This document shows positions 38,423 to 48,231 of a stretch of 64,000 nucleotides of DNA, one piece after another. Source of the DNA: Myxococcota bacterium (lineage in GTDB: Bacteria > Myxococcota_A > UBA9160 > UBA6930); assembly GCA_965223705.1 (NCBI GenBank), contig OZ245015.1:3712001-3776000 (forward strand), given 5' to 3'. The translations under genes were made by a program, and so were the position numbers. The notes beneath the pieces were generated by a model. It was not told where the DNA came from. It searched no databases and was given only the letters and a program-made list of their open reading frames with translations. The first letter of the stretch is position 1. Every line of letters begins with the position of its first letter.

Positions 38423-38719
38423 TCATTCCCCAGGGGTCTCTCCCGGGGACACGAGCGCATTCCGAACCGCGGGCGGCAGGTAGCGCTCCTCCAGCGCGTC
38501 GCCTGCCACGGCGGCCAACGCCTGGGCTGCGGCCGCGATGCGATCTTCGAGGGACTCCTGCCCGATGATCACGAGCCACTGCTCTCCGTTGACGCGACAC
38601 AAGCCGCTGCGGGGCGCTAGGTCGGGCTCCCCGTGTCGCGATGCCTGCTGCTTGTGTACGGAAATTCCGTGTTCGCGCGCGAGATCGAGTAGGCAGCCGA
38701 AGACTTCCGCCCGCTCCAT
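38423..38719 (-). CDS. small hypothetical protein
   Basis: ATG 2 nt after the PilZ stop; protein-like SGLCRVNG...YLPPAVR; fills the operon gap. Confidence 0.6.
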   Translation of the reverse strand: MERAEVFGCLLDLAREHGISVHKQQASRHGEPDLAPRSGLCRVNGEQWLVIIGQESLEDRIAAAAQALAAVAGDALEERYLPPAVRNALVSPGETPGE

Positions 38720-38721
38720 AC

Positions 38722-39066
38722 CTAGCGCCCGGCTTCGCTCGGCTGACTCGCGAAGTCGTAGATCCGCTGCCGGGTCGCGTTGTCGAGGCCCTCGAAGCGC
38801 AGGCCCGTCTCGATGTGGATTCCACCGTGGGCGTCGGCCTTGACCTCCTGGCTCCAGACCATCAGTGCCCAGGTCTCTACGGTCATGTCGATTCCGGGCA
38901 CCCGGAAGCGAACCACCACCTTCTCGTCGGGCGCGATGGGATCGCGGAGCTGCAGACACAACCCGCCCGCGGAGAGATTGAGGGCGTACTCCGTCGATGC
39001 CCTCCCGTCGGCCCGCTCGAGGCGAACCGGGATCGGTATGGGCAAATGGAAGCGAGGTTCACTCAC
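38722..39066 (-). CDS. stand-alone PilZ-like domain protein
   Basis: PRF...V, NLSAGG, VRFRVP, VWS, GLRFEGLD; GTG overlaps rsmA end. Confidence 0.75.
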   Translation of the reverse strand: MSEPRFHLPIPIPVRLERADGRASTEYALNLSAGGLCLQLRDPIAPDEKVVVRFRVPGIDMTVETWALMVWSQEVKADAHGGIHIETGLRFEGLDNATRQRIYDFASQPSEAGR

Positions 39067-39928
39067 GATCGTCCTTTTCGGCCGATCGGGACGCGACCCA
39101 AATCTCATCCCGCTGGGAAAGCGCCAGCCAAGCTTCGGGAGGGATCTCCTGGGGTCGGATCTGTTTCGATATACCCACAGCCGCGAGTCCTGGCTCCAGG
39201 GCCGCGTCCTCGAAGCCGCCGGCGCGAAGCGCGTTCCAGACCGTCTTCCGGCGGCGCCCGAAAGCGGTGCGCAAGAGTTGCTCCAACTTGCGGAGCTGCG
39301 TGTCGGAAATCGCGGGTTCTCTGCGCGGTTCGAAGGACACGAAGGAAGAAGAGACCGCGGGAACCGGGAAAAAGCAACCGGGGCGGAGCTCGGTGCCCTT
39401 GCGCGGGGTGACGAGGAGGCGGTGGAGCACGCTGAGTGAGCCGTAGGCCGCAGTGCCGGTCGCGGCGTCGAGCCGGATCGCGACCTCCTTCTGCAGCATG
39501 ACCGACCAGCCCACCAAGGACTGGCGCGCGTCCAACAAACGGCGCAGGAGCGGCGTCGCGACCGAGTACGGCAAGTTCGCGACGACCCGCGTCGGGCCGT
39601 CCTGCTCCGCCGCCCGGGCCCCGAAATCGACGGCGCGCGCGTCGGCGTGCTCGAGGGACACGTTCGGCGGTAGCCCTTCTTCCCGCAGCACGCGGACCAA
39701 TCCGGCGTCGACCTCAAGGGCGAGGACGCGCTTCGCGCGCGCCGCCAGAGCCCGGGTCAGCATTCCGAGGCCGGCCCCGACTTCGATCGCGGTCTCGTCG
39801 GCGCGAATTCCCGAGAGCTCGACGAGACGATCGGCGATGGAGGACTCGACGAGGAAGTTCTGTCCCCGATCTCGGTGGGCCGCGAGCCCATGGCGTTCCA
39901 GCTGGGCTCGGACCGACCCGGCGCTCAC
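39059..39928 (-). CDS. rsmA: 16S rRNA m6(2)A1518/1519 dimethyltransferase
   Basis: GQNFL, EVGAGLGMLT, VANLPYSV, MLQKEVA, YGSLSV, AFGRRRKT; GTGA overlap with tsaD. Confidence 0.93.
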   Translation of the reverse strand: MSAGSVRAQLERHGLAAHRDRGQNFLVESSIADRLVELSGIRADETAIEVGAGLGMLTRALAARAKRVLALEVDAGLVRVLREEGLPPNVSLEHADARAVDFGARAAEQDGPTRVVANLPYSVATPLLRRLLDARQSLVGWSVMLQKEVAIRLDAATGTAAYGSLSVLHRLLVTPRKGTELRPGCFFPVPAVSSSFVSFEPRREPAISDTQLRKLEQLLRTAFGRRRKTVWNALRAGGFEDAALEPGLAAVGISKQIRPQEIPPEAWLALSQRDEIWVASRSAEKDDRE

Positions 39929-40989
39929 GCGCCGGCCCGCCAGGGTTCTTCTCCGAGCGGCACCCGGGAAAAAGCGCGAAGCGCGGGGCCATCGCGTTGA
40001 CCGCGGGCCAACAGCCGCGTGCCGGCAGCGGCAATCATTGCGGCGTTGTCGGTGCACAACGCGATCGGTGGCGCGAAGACGGAAAACCCGTGCGTCTCGC
40101 CTTCGGCGTGCAGGCGGTCGCGCAAGCGCCCGTTCGCCGCGACGCCTCCGACGACGGCCACGCGCGGCAACCCTTCCCGCTCGACCGCGCGACGGGCGCG
40201 GCTCACCAAAACGTCCGTGGCGGCGGCTTGAAACGAGGCGGCGAGATCCGCCGCTTCAGCTTCGCCGAGAGGAGCGCGTTGTCGGATCGCGAGAAGAACC
40301 GCCGTCTTGAGACCGCTGTACGAAAAATCGAGTCCGGGCCGGCCTTCGAGGGGTCGAGGAAAGTCGATCGCCGTCTCGTCGCCCCGCTCGGCCAGCGCGG
40401 AAACCGCAGGACCGCCGGGGTACGGCAGCCCCAAGAGCTTCGCCACCTTGTCGAAGGCCTCGCCGACGGCGTCATCCCGGGTCTCGCCCAATAATTTCGG
40501 CGGCGCGTCATCGCTGACGCGGTACAGCGCGGTGTGCCCTCCGGACACGACGAGCCCGATGTATGGGAATTCGAGCTCCGGGCATACCATTTCCGCCGCG
40601 GCCAGGTGGCCGGCCAGATGATGCACGCCCACCAGGGGCAACTGAAAGCGGAATGCCAGCGCTTTCGCGAAGGAGAGTCCGACCAGCAGCGATCCCATGA
40701 GTCCCGGGCCGGCGGTCACGGCGACGCCGGACAGGTCCGCCGGCGAGGTGCCCGATGCTTCGAGGGCGCTCGCCACGACTTCGGAAACGCCCCGCACGTG
40801 GTCCCGGGAAGCGAGCTCGGGGACAACACCCCCGTACGCCGCGTGGACGTCCTCTTGACCCCGAATCGCGCTCGCAACGATCTCGTCGCCTCCCCGCACG
40901 ACGGCGGCCGCGAGTTCGTCGCACGAACTCTCGATGCCGAGGACCAGGGTGTTCTTGTCTTGGGTGCTTCGGGGGGTTGCGACCGACAC
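39925..40989 (-). CDS. tsaD: tRNA N6-threonylcarbamoyltransferase
   Basis: LGIESSCDE, YGGVVPELASRDH, HHLAGH, VSGGHT, GETRDDAVGEAFDK, CTDNAAMI. Confidence 0.97.
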   Translation of the reverse strand: MSVATPRSTQDKNTLVLGIESSCDELAAAVVRGGDEIVASAIRGQEDVHAAYGGVVPELASRDHVRGVSEVVASALEASGTSPADLSGVAVTAGPGLMGSLLVGLSFAKALAFRFQLPLVGVHHLAGHLAAAEMVCPELEFPYIGLVVSGGHTALYRVSDDAPPKLLGETRDDAVGEAFDKVAKLLGLPYPGGPAVSALAERGDETAIDFPRPLEGRPGLDFSYSGLKTAVLLAIRQRAPLGEAEAADLAASFQAAATDVLVSRARRAVEREGLPRVAVVGGVAANGRLRDRLHAEGETHGFSVFAPPIALCTDNAAMIAAAGTRLLARGQRDGPALRAFSRVPLGEEPWRAGA

Positions 40990-40999
40990 CGGAGGCAGC

Positions 41000-41362
41000 T
41001 CAGCCCATCCCGCGCTCGAGCTTTTCCTGCTCCGACTTGCAGTCGATGCAGAGCTCCGCGACCGGCCGCGCCTCGAGTCGCTTCAGGCCGATGTCTTCGC
41101 CGCAGCTCTCGCACTCGCCGTATTCACCGGTGCCGATTTTCGCCAACGCCTCGTCGATCTTCGACAACAGGCCGCGTTCGCGCTCGCGCAGGCGACCCGT
41201 AAAGGCCAGGTTCACCTCAGAAGCGGCCGTATCGATCTCGTCCGGGAAGTCGTCGGGGTCGAGATGAACATCGCCTTGGACAGCGCGCTTTGCGTTCCCG
41301 ACGAGCTGCTCGCGTTGGGAGAGCAGGATCTTTCGGAACTTCTCTTGGTCGCGCTTTCTCAC
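41000..41362 (-). CDS. dksA: DksA/TraR C4 zinc-finger RNA polymerase-binding factor
   Basis: DEIDTA (DxxDxA) coiled-coil tip, YGECESCG...RLEARP...CIDC. Confidence 0.88.
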   Translation of the reverse strand: MRKRDQEKFRKILLSQREQLVGNAKRAVQGDVHLDPDDFPDEIDTAASEVNLAFTGRLRERERGLLSKIDEALAKIGTGEYGECESCGEDIGLKRLEARPVAELCIDCKSEQEKLERGMG

Positions 41363-41392
41363 CCGTGAATCCTCCGCTGATGGCTTCCGCGC

Positions 41393-42112
41393 TCAGCCGG
41401 CTTGAAGTAGTTCGATTTGCCCCTTGGCCTCTTCGGCACGGGGCGAATCCGGATACTCATTGACGACGCGCTCAAAGGCCTTGCGCGCTGCTGTCTTGTA
41501 GCTGGGTCCGAGCTTCAACAACGCTTCCCCTTGCCGATACAGCGCATCCGCCGCTTTGTTTCCCGTCGGATAGCGCCCTGCGACGTCGTCGAATCGCAGG
41601 ATCGCCGTCTTCAGGTCTCCCTGACGGAGGTAGCAGTCCGCCATCCAATACGTCGCATCGTCGGCGTATTCGGAGGACGGGAAAGTTTGCAGGAACCCTC
41701 GGAAGCGGTCAATGCAAGCCTCGTTGTCTTCTCCCCGCCAAGCGCCGTAGGCCTTCCGGTATTCCGTCAGTTCTGTCGCGGTCGCCGAAGAGGGAACCTG
41801 CCCACCGTCGGGAGGTTCCGTCTCCTCGACCTCGGTACGCGTCCGATAGGCGTCTTCGCGGGCGGCGCGCGCTTCTTGCATGGCGTTCTCCGCCGTGTGC
41901 TGGGCGACCTCGACGCGACCCGACAGCTGCTGGACCTCGTTGCGGAGCGCGGCAATCTCAGCCACGAGCTCGGCCTGCCGGGCCCGGGGGTTGCTGCCGA
42001 GGGAAGTCTGTTTGCGGAGCTGATCGACTTCGTACTCGAGCTTGCGTTGCTCGGCCACGGTGGCGCAGCCGGTCGAAAAGGCGACTAGCGCGCACAGGAG
42101 AAAGCTCTTCAT
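41393..42112 (-). CDS. cpoB: Tol-Pal TPR protein CpoB/YbgF (lipoprotein-like signal)
   Basis: FSTGC lipobox-like signal, coiled coil, FPSSEYADDATYW, YPTGNKAADAL, YPDS TPRs; follows tolB. Confidence 0.85.
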   Translation of the reverse strand: MKSFLLCALVAFSTGCATVAEQRKLEYEVDQLRKQTSLGSNPRARQAELVAEIAALRNEVQQLSGRVEVAQHTAENAMQEARAAREDAYRTRTEVEETEPPDGGQVPSSATATELTEYRKAYGAWRGEDNEACIDRFRGFLQTFPSSEYADDATYWMADCYLRQGDLKTAILRFDDVAGRYPTGNKAADALYRQGEALLKLGPSYKTAARKAFERVVNEYPDSPRAEEAKGQIELLQAG

Positions 42113-42151
42113 GGTGTAGCTCCTTGTCGCAGATCGGTGCCGTCGGCGCCC

Positions 42152-43504
42152 CTAGCGCCGGTACGGTCCCCACGCCGGGTTGGTGTTCTCGGCTTTTCCC
42201 TCGGTCAACCGAATCAAGTTCTTTCCACTCACATCGACGACGTAGATGTCGGCCGTCCCTCTTCGCGTCGAGCTGAAAGCGAGCTTCCGACTGTCCGGGG
42301 ACCACGCCGGGTATTCGTCACTGCGGGGGTGATCGATGAGCGGATAGTTCGTCGTTCCCTCGGGGTCGATCAGCCACAGATCGAACTGGCTCCGAACGCG
42401 GCTTTCATAAGCGATCCACTGCCCGTCCGGAGACCAGGCCGGGTGGGTGTTGTAGGAACCGTTGTAGGTCAGGCGCCGCTGGCCGCTGCCGTCGGCGTTC
42501 ATGATGTAGATCTGCGGGGCACCGGTCCGGTCGGACACGAACGCGATGCGCTTTCCGTCGGGAGACCAGCTCGGAGCGACATCGATCACGCCGTTGCGCG
42601 TGAGTTGCTTGGCGTCGGCACCGGCGAGCCCCGCGGCAAAGATCTCCGACGAGCCCGCAATGCTCATCGCGAATGCGACGCGCGCTCCTTCGGGGTGGAA
42701 GACCGCCCGGTAGATGGGCCCCTTGTTCGGTACGTCGCGTAGGATGCGTCCGGGACTTTTGCGTCCCCGGGTGAGCAGAAAAACGCGCGGCCGGTTCTTG
42801 TGTCGATAGGACGTGTAGACAATCGAATCGCCCGCGGGCGACCAACCGGGAAAACTGTTGATCGAGCCGTTCTGCGTGACGGCGCGCAGGCTGCCACCGT
42901 CGGCGTCCATCACGAACACTTCCTTCTGACCGCCGCGCGTCGATACGAAGGCGATCTCCGTGTCGGACACACCGGGCTTTCCGGTGAACGCGGCGACGAT
43001 GTCGTCGCCGATCGCGAGTCCGATCCGGCGCAGCTCGGCGGGCGTGCCGGTGTAGCGCTTGCGGAGCATGCGGAGGCAACCGCGCTGCACATCGAGGAGA
43101 CGGAATTCGACGCGAACCCGGTCTTGCTCTTCGTTGATTTCTCCCTGGAGCAGCGCGTCCGCGCCGATTTGCTTCCAGTTCGGGCACACGACAGCGCCTT
43201 GGTCGGCCAGGCGCGCGCTCTGTTGCGAATCGAGGAAAGCCCGGGGGTCGATGTTCGAAAACAACCCCGAAAAAGTGAGGCTCCGCTCGATCGCCGTGTG
43301 GAGTTCGGTCTGCATCGCCGTCGCGGTCCCACCGCCGAGGACGAAACGCTGGATTGCGGCGCGGTAGCTCGACGCGGACGGGTCCTGGACGATGATCGGA
43401 GCCTGAGACTGCGCGGCGGCACGATGGGGAAGCCATACCGTGCCCAAAACCAGCAGAGCGCTTATCGCGAGCAGCGGTAGTCGGCCTATTTGTCGGCTGG
43501 GCAT
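42152..43504 (-). CDS. tolB: Tol-Pal beta-propeller protein
   Basis: signal peptide, W..IGADAL, IAFVS, repeated P.WSPDG PD40 motifs. Confidence 0.93.
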   Translation of the reverse strand: MPSRQIGRLPLLAISALLVLGTVWLPHRAAAQSQAPIIVQDPSASSYRAAIQRFVLGGGTATAMQTELHTAIERSLTFSGLFSNIDPRAFLDSQQSARLADQGAVVCPNWKQIGADALLQGEINEEQDRVRVEFRLLDVQRGCLRMLRKRYTGTPAELRRIGLAIGDDIVAAFTGKPGVSDTEIAFVSTRGGQKEVFVMDADGGSLRAVTQNGSINSFPGWSPAGDSIVYTSYRHKNRPRVFLLTRGRKSPGRILRDVPNKGPIYRAVFHPEGARVAFAMSIAGSSEIFAAGLAGADAKQLTRNGVIDVAPSWSPDGKRIAFVSDRTGAPQIYIMNADGSGQRRLTYNGSYNTHPAWSPDGQWIAYESRVRSQFDLWLIDPEGTTNYPLIDHPRSDEYPAWSPDSRKLAFSSTRRGTADIYVVDVSGKNLIRLTEGKAENTNPAWGPYRR

Positions 43505-43507
43505 GAC

Positions 43508-44329
43508 TCAGAGGTCCTCCGGTCGGAAAATGAACACCCAATTCCCGGACCGCTCGGGGGCGGGCAACGGATTCGATTTTCGGATGGCGCGTTCGACACT
43601 CTCGTCGTACCAGGGGTTCCCGGAGCGTCGCTTGATATCGATATCGATGACTTCGCCGCCGGCGGCCAGCCGCACGTGCACCTCGGTTTCGAGGAGCTGC
43701 CGCCGGAAGCCGGGCTGCAACACCCAATTGCGGGTCACGTGCTTCTTGGCGCGTCGGCGCCAACCCGCTTCTTCCGGGGAAATCCGCACGCCGACTTCGC
43801 CGCGGCCATCGGGACGGGCGTCTTGCCGGCGATCGACGGCGGGTGACGGCGCCTTCGTCCCCTCTTCCTCGCGGAGTGCGGCCAGCACATCGGAGAGGTC
43901 TTGCTCCGGCTCGGGTTCTTTTCGGGGCGGCGGCTCGGGCTTCGGCTTGGCCTTCTTCGGCTTCGGTTTGGGTTTCGGCTTCTTCGCCTTCTTCGGTGTG
44001 CGTTGAAGTTCCGGCGTCGGCAGGAGCTTCTTTTCCGGCTTGGGCTTGGGCGGGGGAGGCGGGGGCTTCGGCTTGGATGCCGCCGCGGGTGCCTTCGCTT
44101 GGGGTAGGGCCGCGACGAGGTCGACCGTGACCACCGCGGGCAAATGCGTCTTGCTCGGGAAACGGGGACTCCAGTTGAGAAACAGCGCGAGTCCCAGGTG
44201 CGCGGCGAAGGAGAACAGGATGGCCGCGATCGGAAGCGGCGTCTTGACGCGTCCGGTGGCGTGGGGACGGCGCGGAGCATCTTCCGGCGGCGCCGGCTCT
44301 GCCCGGTGGTTTTTGCGTCTCCGTCTCAC
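43508..44329 (-). CDS. tolA: TolA/TonB-family energy transducer
   Basis: single TM with SxxxH (SFAAH), Pro/Lys-rich linker, SGNPWYDESVERAI C-terminal domain; lies between tolR and tolB. Confidence 0.8.
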   Translation of the reverse strand: MRRRRKNHRAEPAPPEDAPRRPHATGRVKTPLPIAAILFSFAAHLGLALFLNWSPRFPSKTHLPAVVTVDLVAALPQAKAPAAASKPKPPPPPPKPKPEKKLLPTPELQRTPKKAKKPKPKPKPKKAKPKPEPPPRKEPEPEQDLSDVLAALREEEGTKAPSPAVDRRQDARPDGRGEVGVRISPEEAGWRRRAKKHVTRNWVLQPGFRRQLLETEVHVRLAAGGEVIDIDIKRRSGNPWYDESVERAIRKSNPLPAPERSGNWVFIFRPEDL

Positions 44330-44730
44330 TCGGGTTCCGTGACGATTCCCAACTGCTTCGCACCGGCCTGGCGGGCAGCGGCCATCGCCTTCACGACGAC
44401 GCCGTAAGGCACTTCCTTATCCGCTCGCAGGAAGACCTGTTTGTCGTCGAGTCCTTCGAGAATGGCGCGCAGTTTGGCCTCGATTTCGGGCAGCGGCGTC
44501 GGCGTCTCCGCGATCCGGGCCGTCCCGTCCTTGAAGACCGTGAGGACGAGCGTCTCGTCCTGCAACCGGAGTGGCTGCGTCGTCGTCTCCGGCAGATCGA
44601 CGTCGAGCCCCTGCTGCATCATCGGTGCGGTGACCATGAAGATGATCAGGAGGACGAGCATCACGTCGACGAAGGGCGTGACGTTGATCTCCGAGAGCGC
44701 CGCATGCTCGCGATTGAGCCGAACCGCCAC
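44326..44730 (-). CDS. tolR: TolR/ExbD
   Basis: EINVTPFVDVMLVLLIIFMVTAP, LRADKEVPYG. Confidence 0.93.
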   Translation of the reverse strand: MAVRLNREHAALSEINVTPFVDVMLVLLIIFMVTAPMMQQGLDVDLPETTTQPLRLQDETLVLTVFKDGTARIAETPTPLPEIEAKLRAILEGLDDKQVFLRADKEVPYGVVVKAMAAARQAGAKQLGIVTEPE

Positions 44731-44733
44731 GGG

Positions 44734-45432
44734 CTATCGCCTCGCTGCCTGACGTTCGCTCGGGGCGAACCCCAGAGGTCGCGCGAGGTCTCCCTCGAGC
44801 TCGTTCGCGTAGATCTCGATGGCACCGTGAACGCCCCGCAAGCGACCGACGAAGCCGTTGTAAAAGATCGTCGCCGGAATGGCGGCGAACAGACCGAGCG
44901 CCGTAGCGATGAGCGCCTCCGCGATACCCGGCGCCACGACGGCCAAGCTCGCGCTACCCGACGCGCCGATTCCGGTGAACGCGTTGATGATGCCGACGAC
45001 CGTCCCGAACAAACCGATGAACGGCGTCGCGCTACCGGTCGTCGCGAGGAACGTCAGGCGACTCTCGAGTCGACGCGCTTCCTCCTGGGCATTCCACAGG
45101 ATGTGCTTGCTCAAACGGTGGCGTTGATCGACGTCGAGGCCGTTGCCGGCGCCGGCCTGTGCGTATTTCGCGATGCGGGTTCGTTCGCGGTACGCCGCCA
45201 GGAAGATCTTCGCCAACGGACTGCGCCGCAGCTCGCGCGCGGCCTCGTACGCGGCGTCGCTCGACCCCTCGTGATAGATCTCGAGGAACAAGTCACTGTC
45301 GCGTTCCGCCGACTTGAGTTCGCGGGATTTCACGAAGATCACCGCCCAAGAGACGATCGAGAACACGGCCAGGAGGGCCATGACGCCCTGAACCAGCCAC
45401 GACGCTTCCCAGATCAAGGAGAGCGGGTCCAT
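44734..45432 (-). CDS. tolQ: TolQ/ExbB proton channel subunit (start uncertain: 45432, 45441 or about 45600)
   Basis: LATTGSATPFIGLFGTVVGI, VAPGIAEALIATALGLFAAIPA. Confidence 0.92.
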   Translation of the reverse strand: MDPLSLIWEASWLVQGVMALLAVFSIVSWAVIFVKSRELKSAERDSDLFLEIYHEGSSDAAYEAARELRRSPLAKIFLAAYRERTRIAKYAQAGAGNGLDVDQRHRLSKHILWNAQEEARRLESRLTFLATTGSATPFIGLFGTVVGIINAFTGIGASGSASLAVVAPGIAEALIATALGLFAAIPATIFYNGFVGRLRGVHGAIEIYANELEGDLARPLGFAPSERQAARR

Positions 45433-45651
45433 GCTCGCCATGCGGGTCGACCCGAGCGGTGCCAGGGCCGCCAGAGACAAAGCATCGACCGCTTCTGCGA
45501 GACCGTTAGAGTCCCCCGCGATCGAGCCGATACTAGGGAAGGCCGAACCGGGCCCGAGAACGGCCAAGCGTGCCATCATGAGTGTCAGAGCCCCCATCAT
45601 CCGAGTCGTGGAATTAGCAACCGTTTGTAGGTCAGGCAAAAGGAGAAACAG

Positions 45652-47172
45652 ATGCAGGTTTCCGTCGCACGACGCTCTGCGAGTGTTCAATCGGTGGGGC
45701 TCTTCGCCGTACCCGCCACGCAACTTGACTCGAAGAAGTGGAAGGTGCCGACAACTTGGAGCGCGCTCAACCGCTGGGCTGGCGGGAACCTCGCTGAGAT
45801 CGTGGCGACGGGTGATTTTCAAGGCAAGCGAGGGGAAACACTCCTGATCTACGGTCGAGGAAAAGGAGCGCCGGATCGCATCCTCTTGATCGGCCTCGGC
45901 GAGGAAGAAAAGGCCGACGAAACCGCCCTGCGAGAGGCCGCGCAAACCGCCTCTGCCGAGGCGACGCGCCGAGAGTCGGGTTCGCTGTCTCTATGGCTTC
46001 CCTCCGCCCGCAAATTGCGTTCGGCAGGGGCCCTCCAGGCTGCGGCAGAAGGCCTCTCTTTGGGTGTCTATCACTACGATCACTATAAGTCGGCAACGCC
46101 GAAGAAAAGCCCGCGGAGAGCGACGATCCTGGTGGACAACGCCGTGACAAGCGAGGCGCGTGCGAGTGTCGGGGCGGGCGTCACGATCGCCGAGTCGCAG
46201 AACCTGGCGCGCGATCTGTCGAACCAACCGCCTTGCGATTTGAACCCCGTCGCCCTCGCGAAGGAAGCGCGCCGCGTCGCCCGGGAAGTGGGGCTGCGCT
46301 GTCAGATCCTGGAACCCGCCGCCCTTCGCAAGCTCAAGATGGGCGCCATGCTCGCGGTCGCCCAAGGAAGCGCGAATCCGCCGCGGCTCATCGTGCTCGA
46401 GCACAATGCGCCGGCCCGCGGAAAACGCACACGTCGCCCGACCCTGTGTTTGGTCGGCAAGGGGGTCACCTTCGACTCTGGCGGCCTCTCGCTCAAACCC
46501 AGCCCCAGCATGGTGACGATGAAGCACGACATGTCGGGCGGGGCGACGGTGATCGGCGCTCTCCGCGCGTGCGCGAAGCTCAAGCTCCCGATCCACGTCG
46601 TCGGCGTGGTGGGTGCCGTCGAAAACATGCCGTCGGGCACGGCCTATCGACCCGACGACGTGCTGACGTCGGCTTCCGGTCAGACCATCGAAATCGGCAA
46701 TACCGACGCCGAGGGACGCCTGGTCCTCGCCGACGCCCTTCACTACGCGCGCACGCGGTGGAAGCCCGCGGCCATGATCGACGTCGCGACGCTCACCGGC
46801 GCCATCGTGATCGCGCTCGGGAACCACTGCGCCGGCATCATGTCGAACGACGACGGCTTGGCGGAGGCGATCCGGGAAGCGGGCGAAGCGACCGGGGAGC
46901 GCTTCTGGCAGCTCCCGCTTTGGGACGTCCACCGCAAACACATGAAGAGTCACATCGCGGACGTGCGCCAGGTCGGAGGCCGGGAGGCGAGCAGTATCAC
47001 AGCGGCGGCCTTCCTTTCGCACTTCGTCGGCGAAACGCCTTGGGCTCACCTCGATATCGCGGGAACCGCGAACACCGAGCGGGTGTCGGCAGGGCAACCG
47101 AAAGGCGCGACGGGGTTCGGGGTGCGCGCCCTCGTCGAGTTGGCGCGCAACTTCCGCGACCTCTCGCTCTAG
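45652..47172 (+). CDS. pepA: leucyl aminopeptidase (M17)
   Basis: VGKGVTFDSGG, MKHDMSG, NTDAEGRL, ATLTGA, HLDIAGT. Confidence 0.96.
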   Translation: MQVSVARRSASVQSVGLFAVPATQLDSKKWKVPTTWSALNRWAGGNLAEIVATGDFQGKRGETLLIYGRGKGAPDRILLIGLGEEEKADETALREAAQTASAEATRRESGSLSLWLPSARKLRSAGALQAAAEGLSLGVYHYDHYKSATPKKSPRRATILVDNAVTSEARASVGAGVTIAESQNLARDLSNQPPCDLNPVALAKEARRVAREVGLRCQILEPAALRKLKMGAMLAVAQGSANPPRLIVLEHNAPARGKRTRRPTLCLVGKGVTFDSGGLSLKPSPSMVTMKHDMSGGATVIGALRACAKLKLPIHVVGVVGAVENMPSGTAYRPDDVLTSASGQTIEIGNTDAEGRLVLADALHYARTRWKPAAMIDVATLTGAIVIALGNHCAGIMSNDDGLAEAIREAGEATGERFWQLPLWDVHRKHMKSHIADVRQVGGREASSITAAAFLSHFVGETPWAHLDIAGTANTERVSAGQPKGATGFGVRALVELARNFRDLSL

Positions 47173-47196
47173 CCTCCGCCGGGGTACCCTTCACGC

Positions 47197-48231
47197 GTGA
47201 GCAAGAAGCGAACGCCAGAAGAACCGACGACACCCACCGCCGACGGTGAAGCCGTCGAAGATGACGATGTGCTCGAAGCCGAGGTCCTCGACGCGTACGA
47301 GGAAACCGACGACGAGCCCGTCGTGCTGCCGGCGGTCTCCGACGGCGCTGAAGTGGGGGAGCGTCTCCCGGCTCCGTCCGATGCGCTCAGTCAGTACATG
47401 GCGGCGCTCTCCGCCCACGAGCCGATCTCGCGAGAAGAGGAACACGCGCTCGCGGTGCGCTGGGTCGAAGAAGGTGACCGCGAAGCCGCACGCCAGTTGG
47501 TGCTTTCGAACCTCCGACTCGTCGTGAAGATCGCCATGGAGTACCGGCGTTCGTGGACGCAAGTCCTCGATCTCATCCAGGAAGGGAACCTGGGGTTGGT
47601 TCAGGCGGTGCAGCGCTTCGATCCCTATCAAGGGACGAAGCTCTCGTCTTACGCGGTGTACTGGATTCGCGCGTTCATCCTCAAGCACTTGATCGACAAC
47701 ATTCGAATGGTGCGGATGGGCAGCTCTCGCGCGGAGCGCAAATTGTTTTTCCGTCTCAACAAAGAAAAACGTCAACTCGAACGCGAGGGCTTCAAGGTCG
47801 AACCCAAGCTCCTGGCCGAGCGATTGGACGTCACCGAAGACGATGTGGTCTCCATGGAGCAGCGTCTCAGCGAAGGAGAAGTCTCCTTCGACGCTCCGGT
47901 GTCCGCGCGTGGAGACGGAGAAGGCGCCGTAGTCGGCGACTTCGTCGCATCGAGTGCAACGGGGGCCGAGGAACACGTCGCCGACGAGCAACTTCGCGAG
48001 ACGTTCATGAAACACGTGCGCGAGTTCGCCGAGGAACTCGAGCCCCGCGAGCGCGCGATCATCGATCGGCGGGTGCTAGCGGACGAACCGGCGACGCTCC
48101 AGGAGCTAGGAACCGAGTTCGGCGTATCCCGCGAGCGGGTTCGCCAACTCGAACGACGCGTCGTCGACGCGCTGCGAGACTATCTGCGGGAGAACGTCGT
48201 CGACTTCGAGTACTACGCCGAAGAGGACTGA
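47197..48231 (+). CDS. rpoH: RNA polymerase sigma factor, RpoH/sigma-32 family
   Basis: SNLRLVVKIA, DLIQEGNLGL, YAVYWIRA, RpoH-box-like ERKLFFRL, GVSRERVRQLE. Confidence 0.85.
   Translation: MSKKRTPEEPTTPTADGEAVEDDDVLEAEVLDAYEETDDEPVVLPAVSDGAEVGERLPAPSDALSQYMAALSAHEPISREEEHALAVRWVEEGDREAARQLVLSNLRLVVKIAMEYRRSWTQVLDLIQEGNLGLVQAVQRFDPYQGTKLSSYAVYWIRAFILKHLIDNIRMVRMGSSRAERKLFFRLNKEKRQLEREGFKVEPKLLAERLDVTEDDVVSMEQRLSEGEVSFDAPVSARGDGEGAVVGDFVASSATGAEEHVADEQLRETFMKHVREFAEELEPRERAIIDRRVLADEPATLQELGTEFGVSRERVRQLERRVVDALRDYLRENVVDFEYYAEED

Noticed and set aside
43900..44100. Short repeats (GGCTTC/GGCTTG units)
   Set aside because: They simply encode the Pro-Lys linker of TolA
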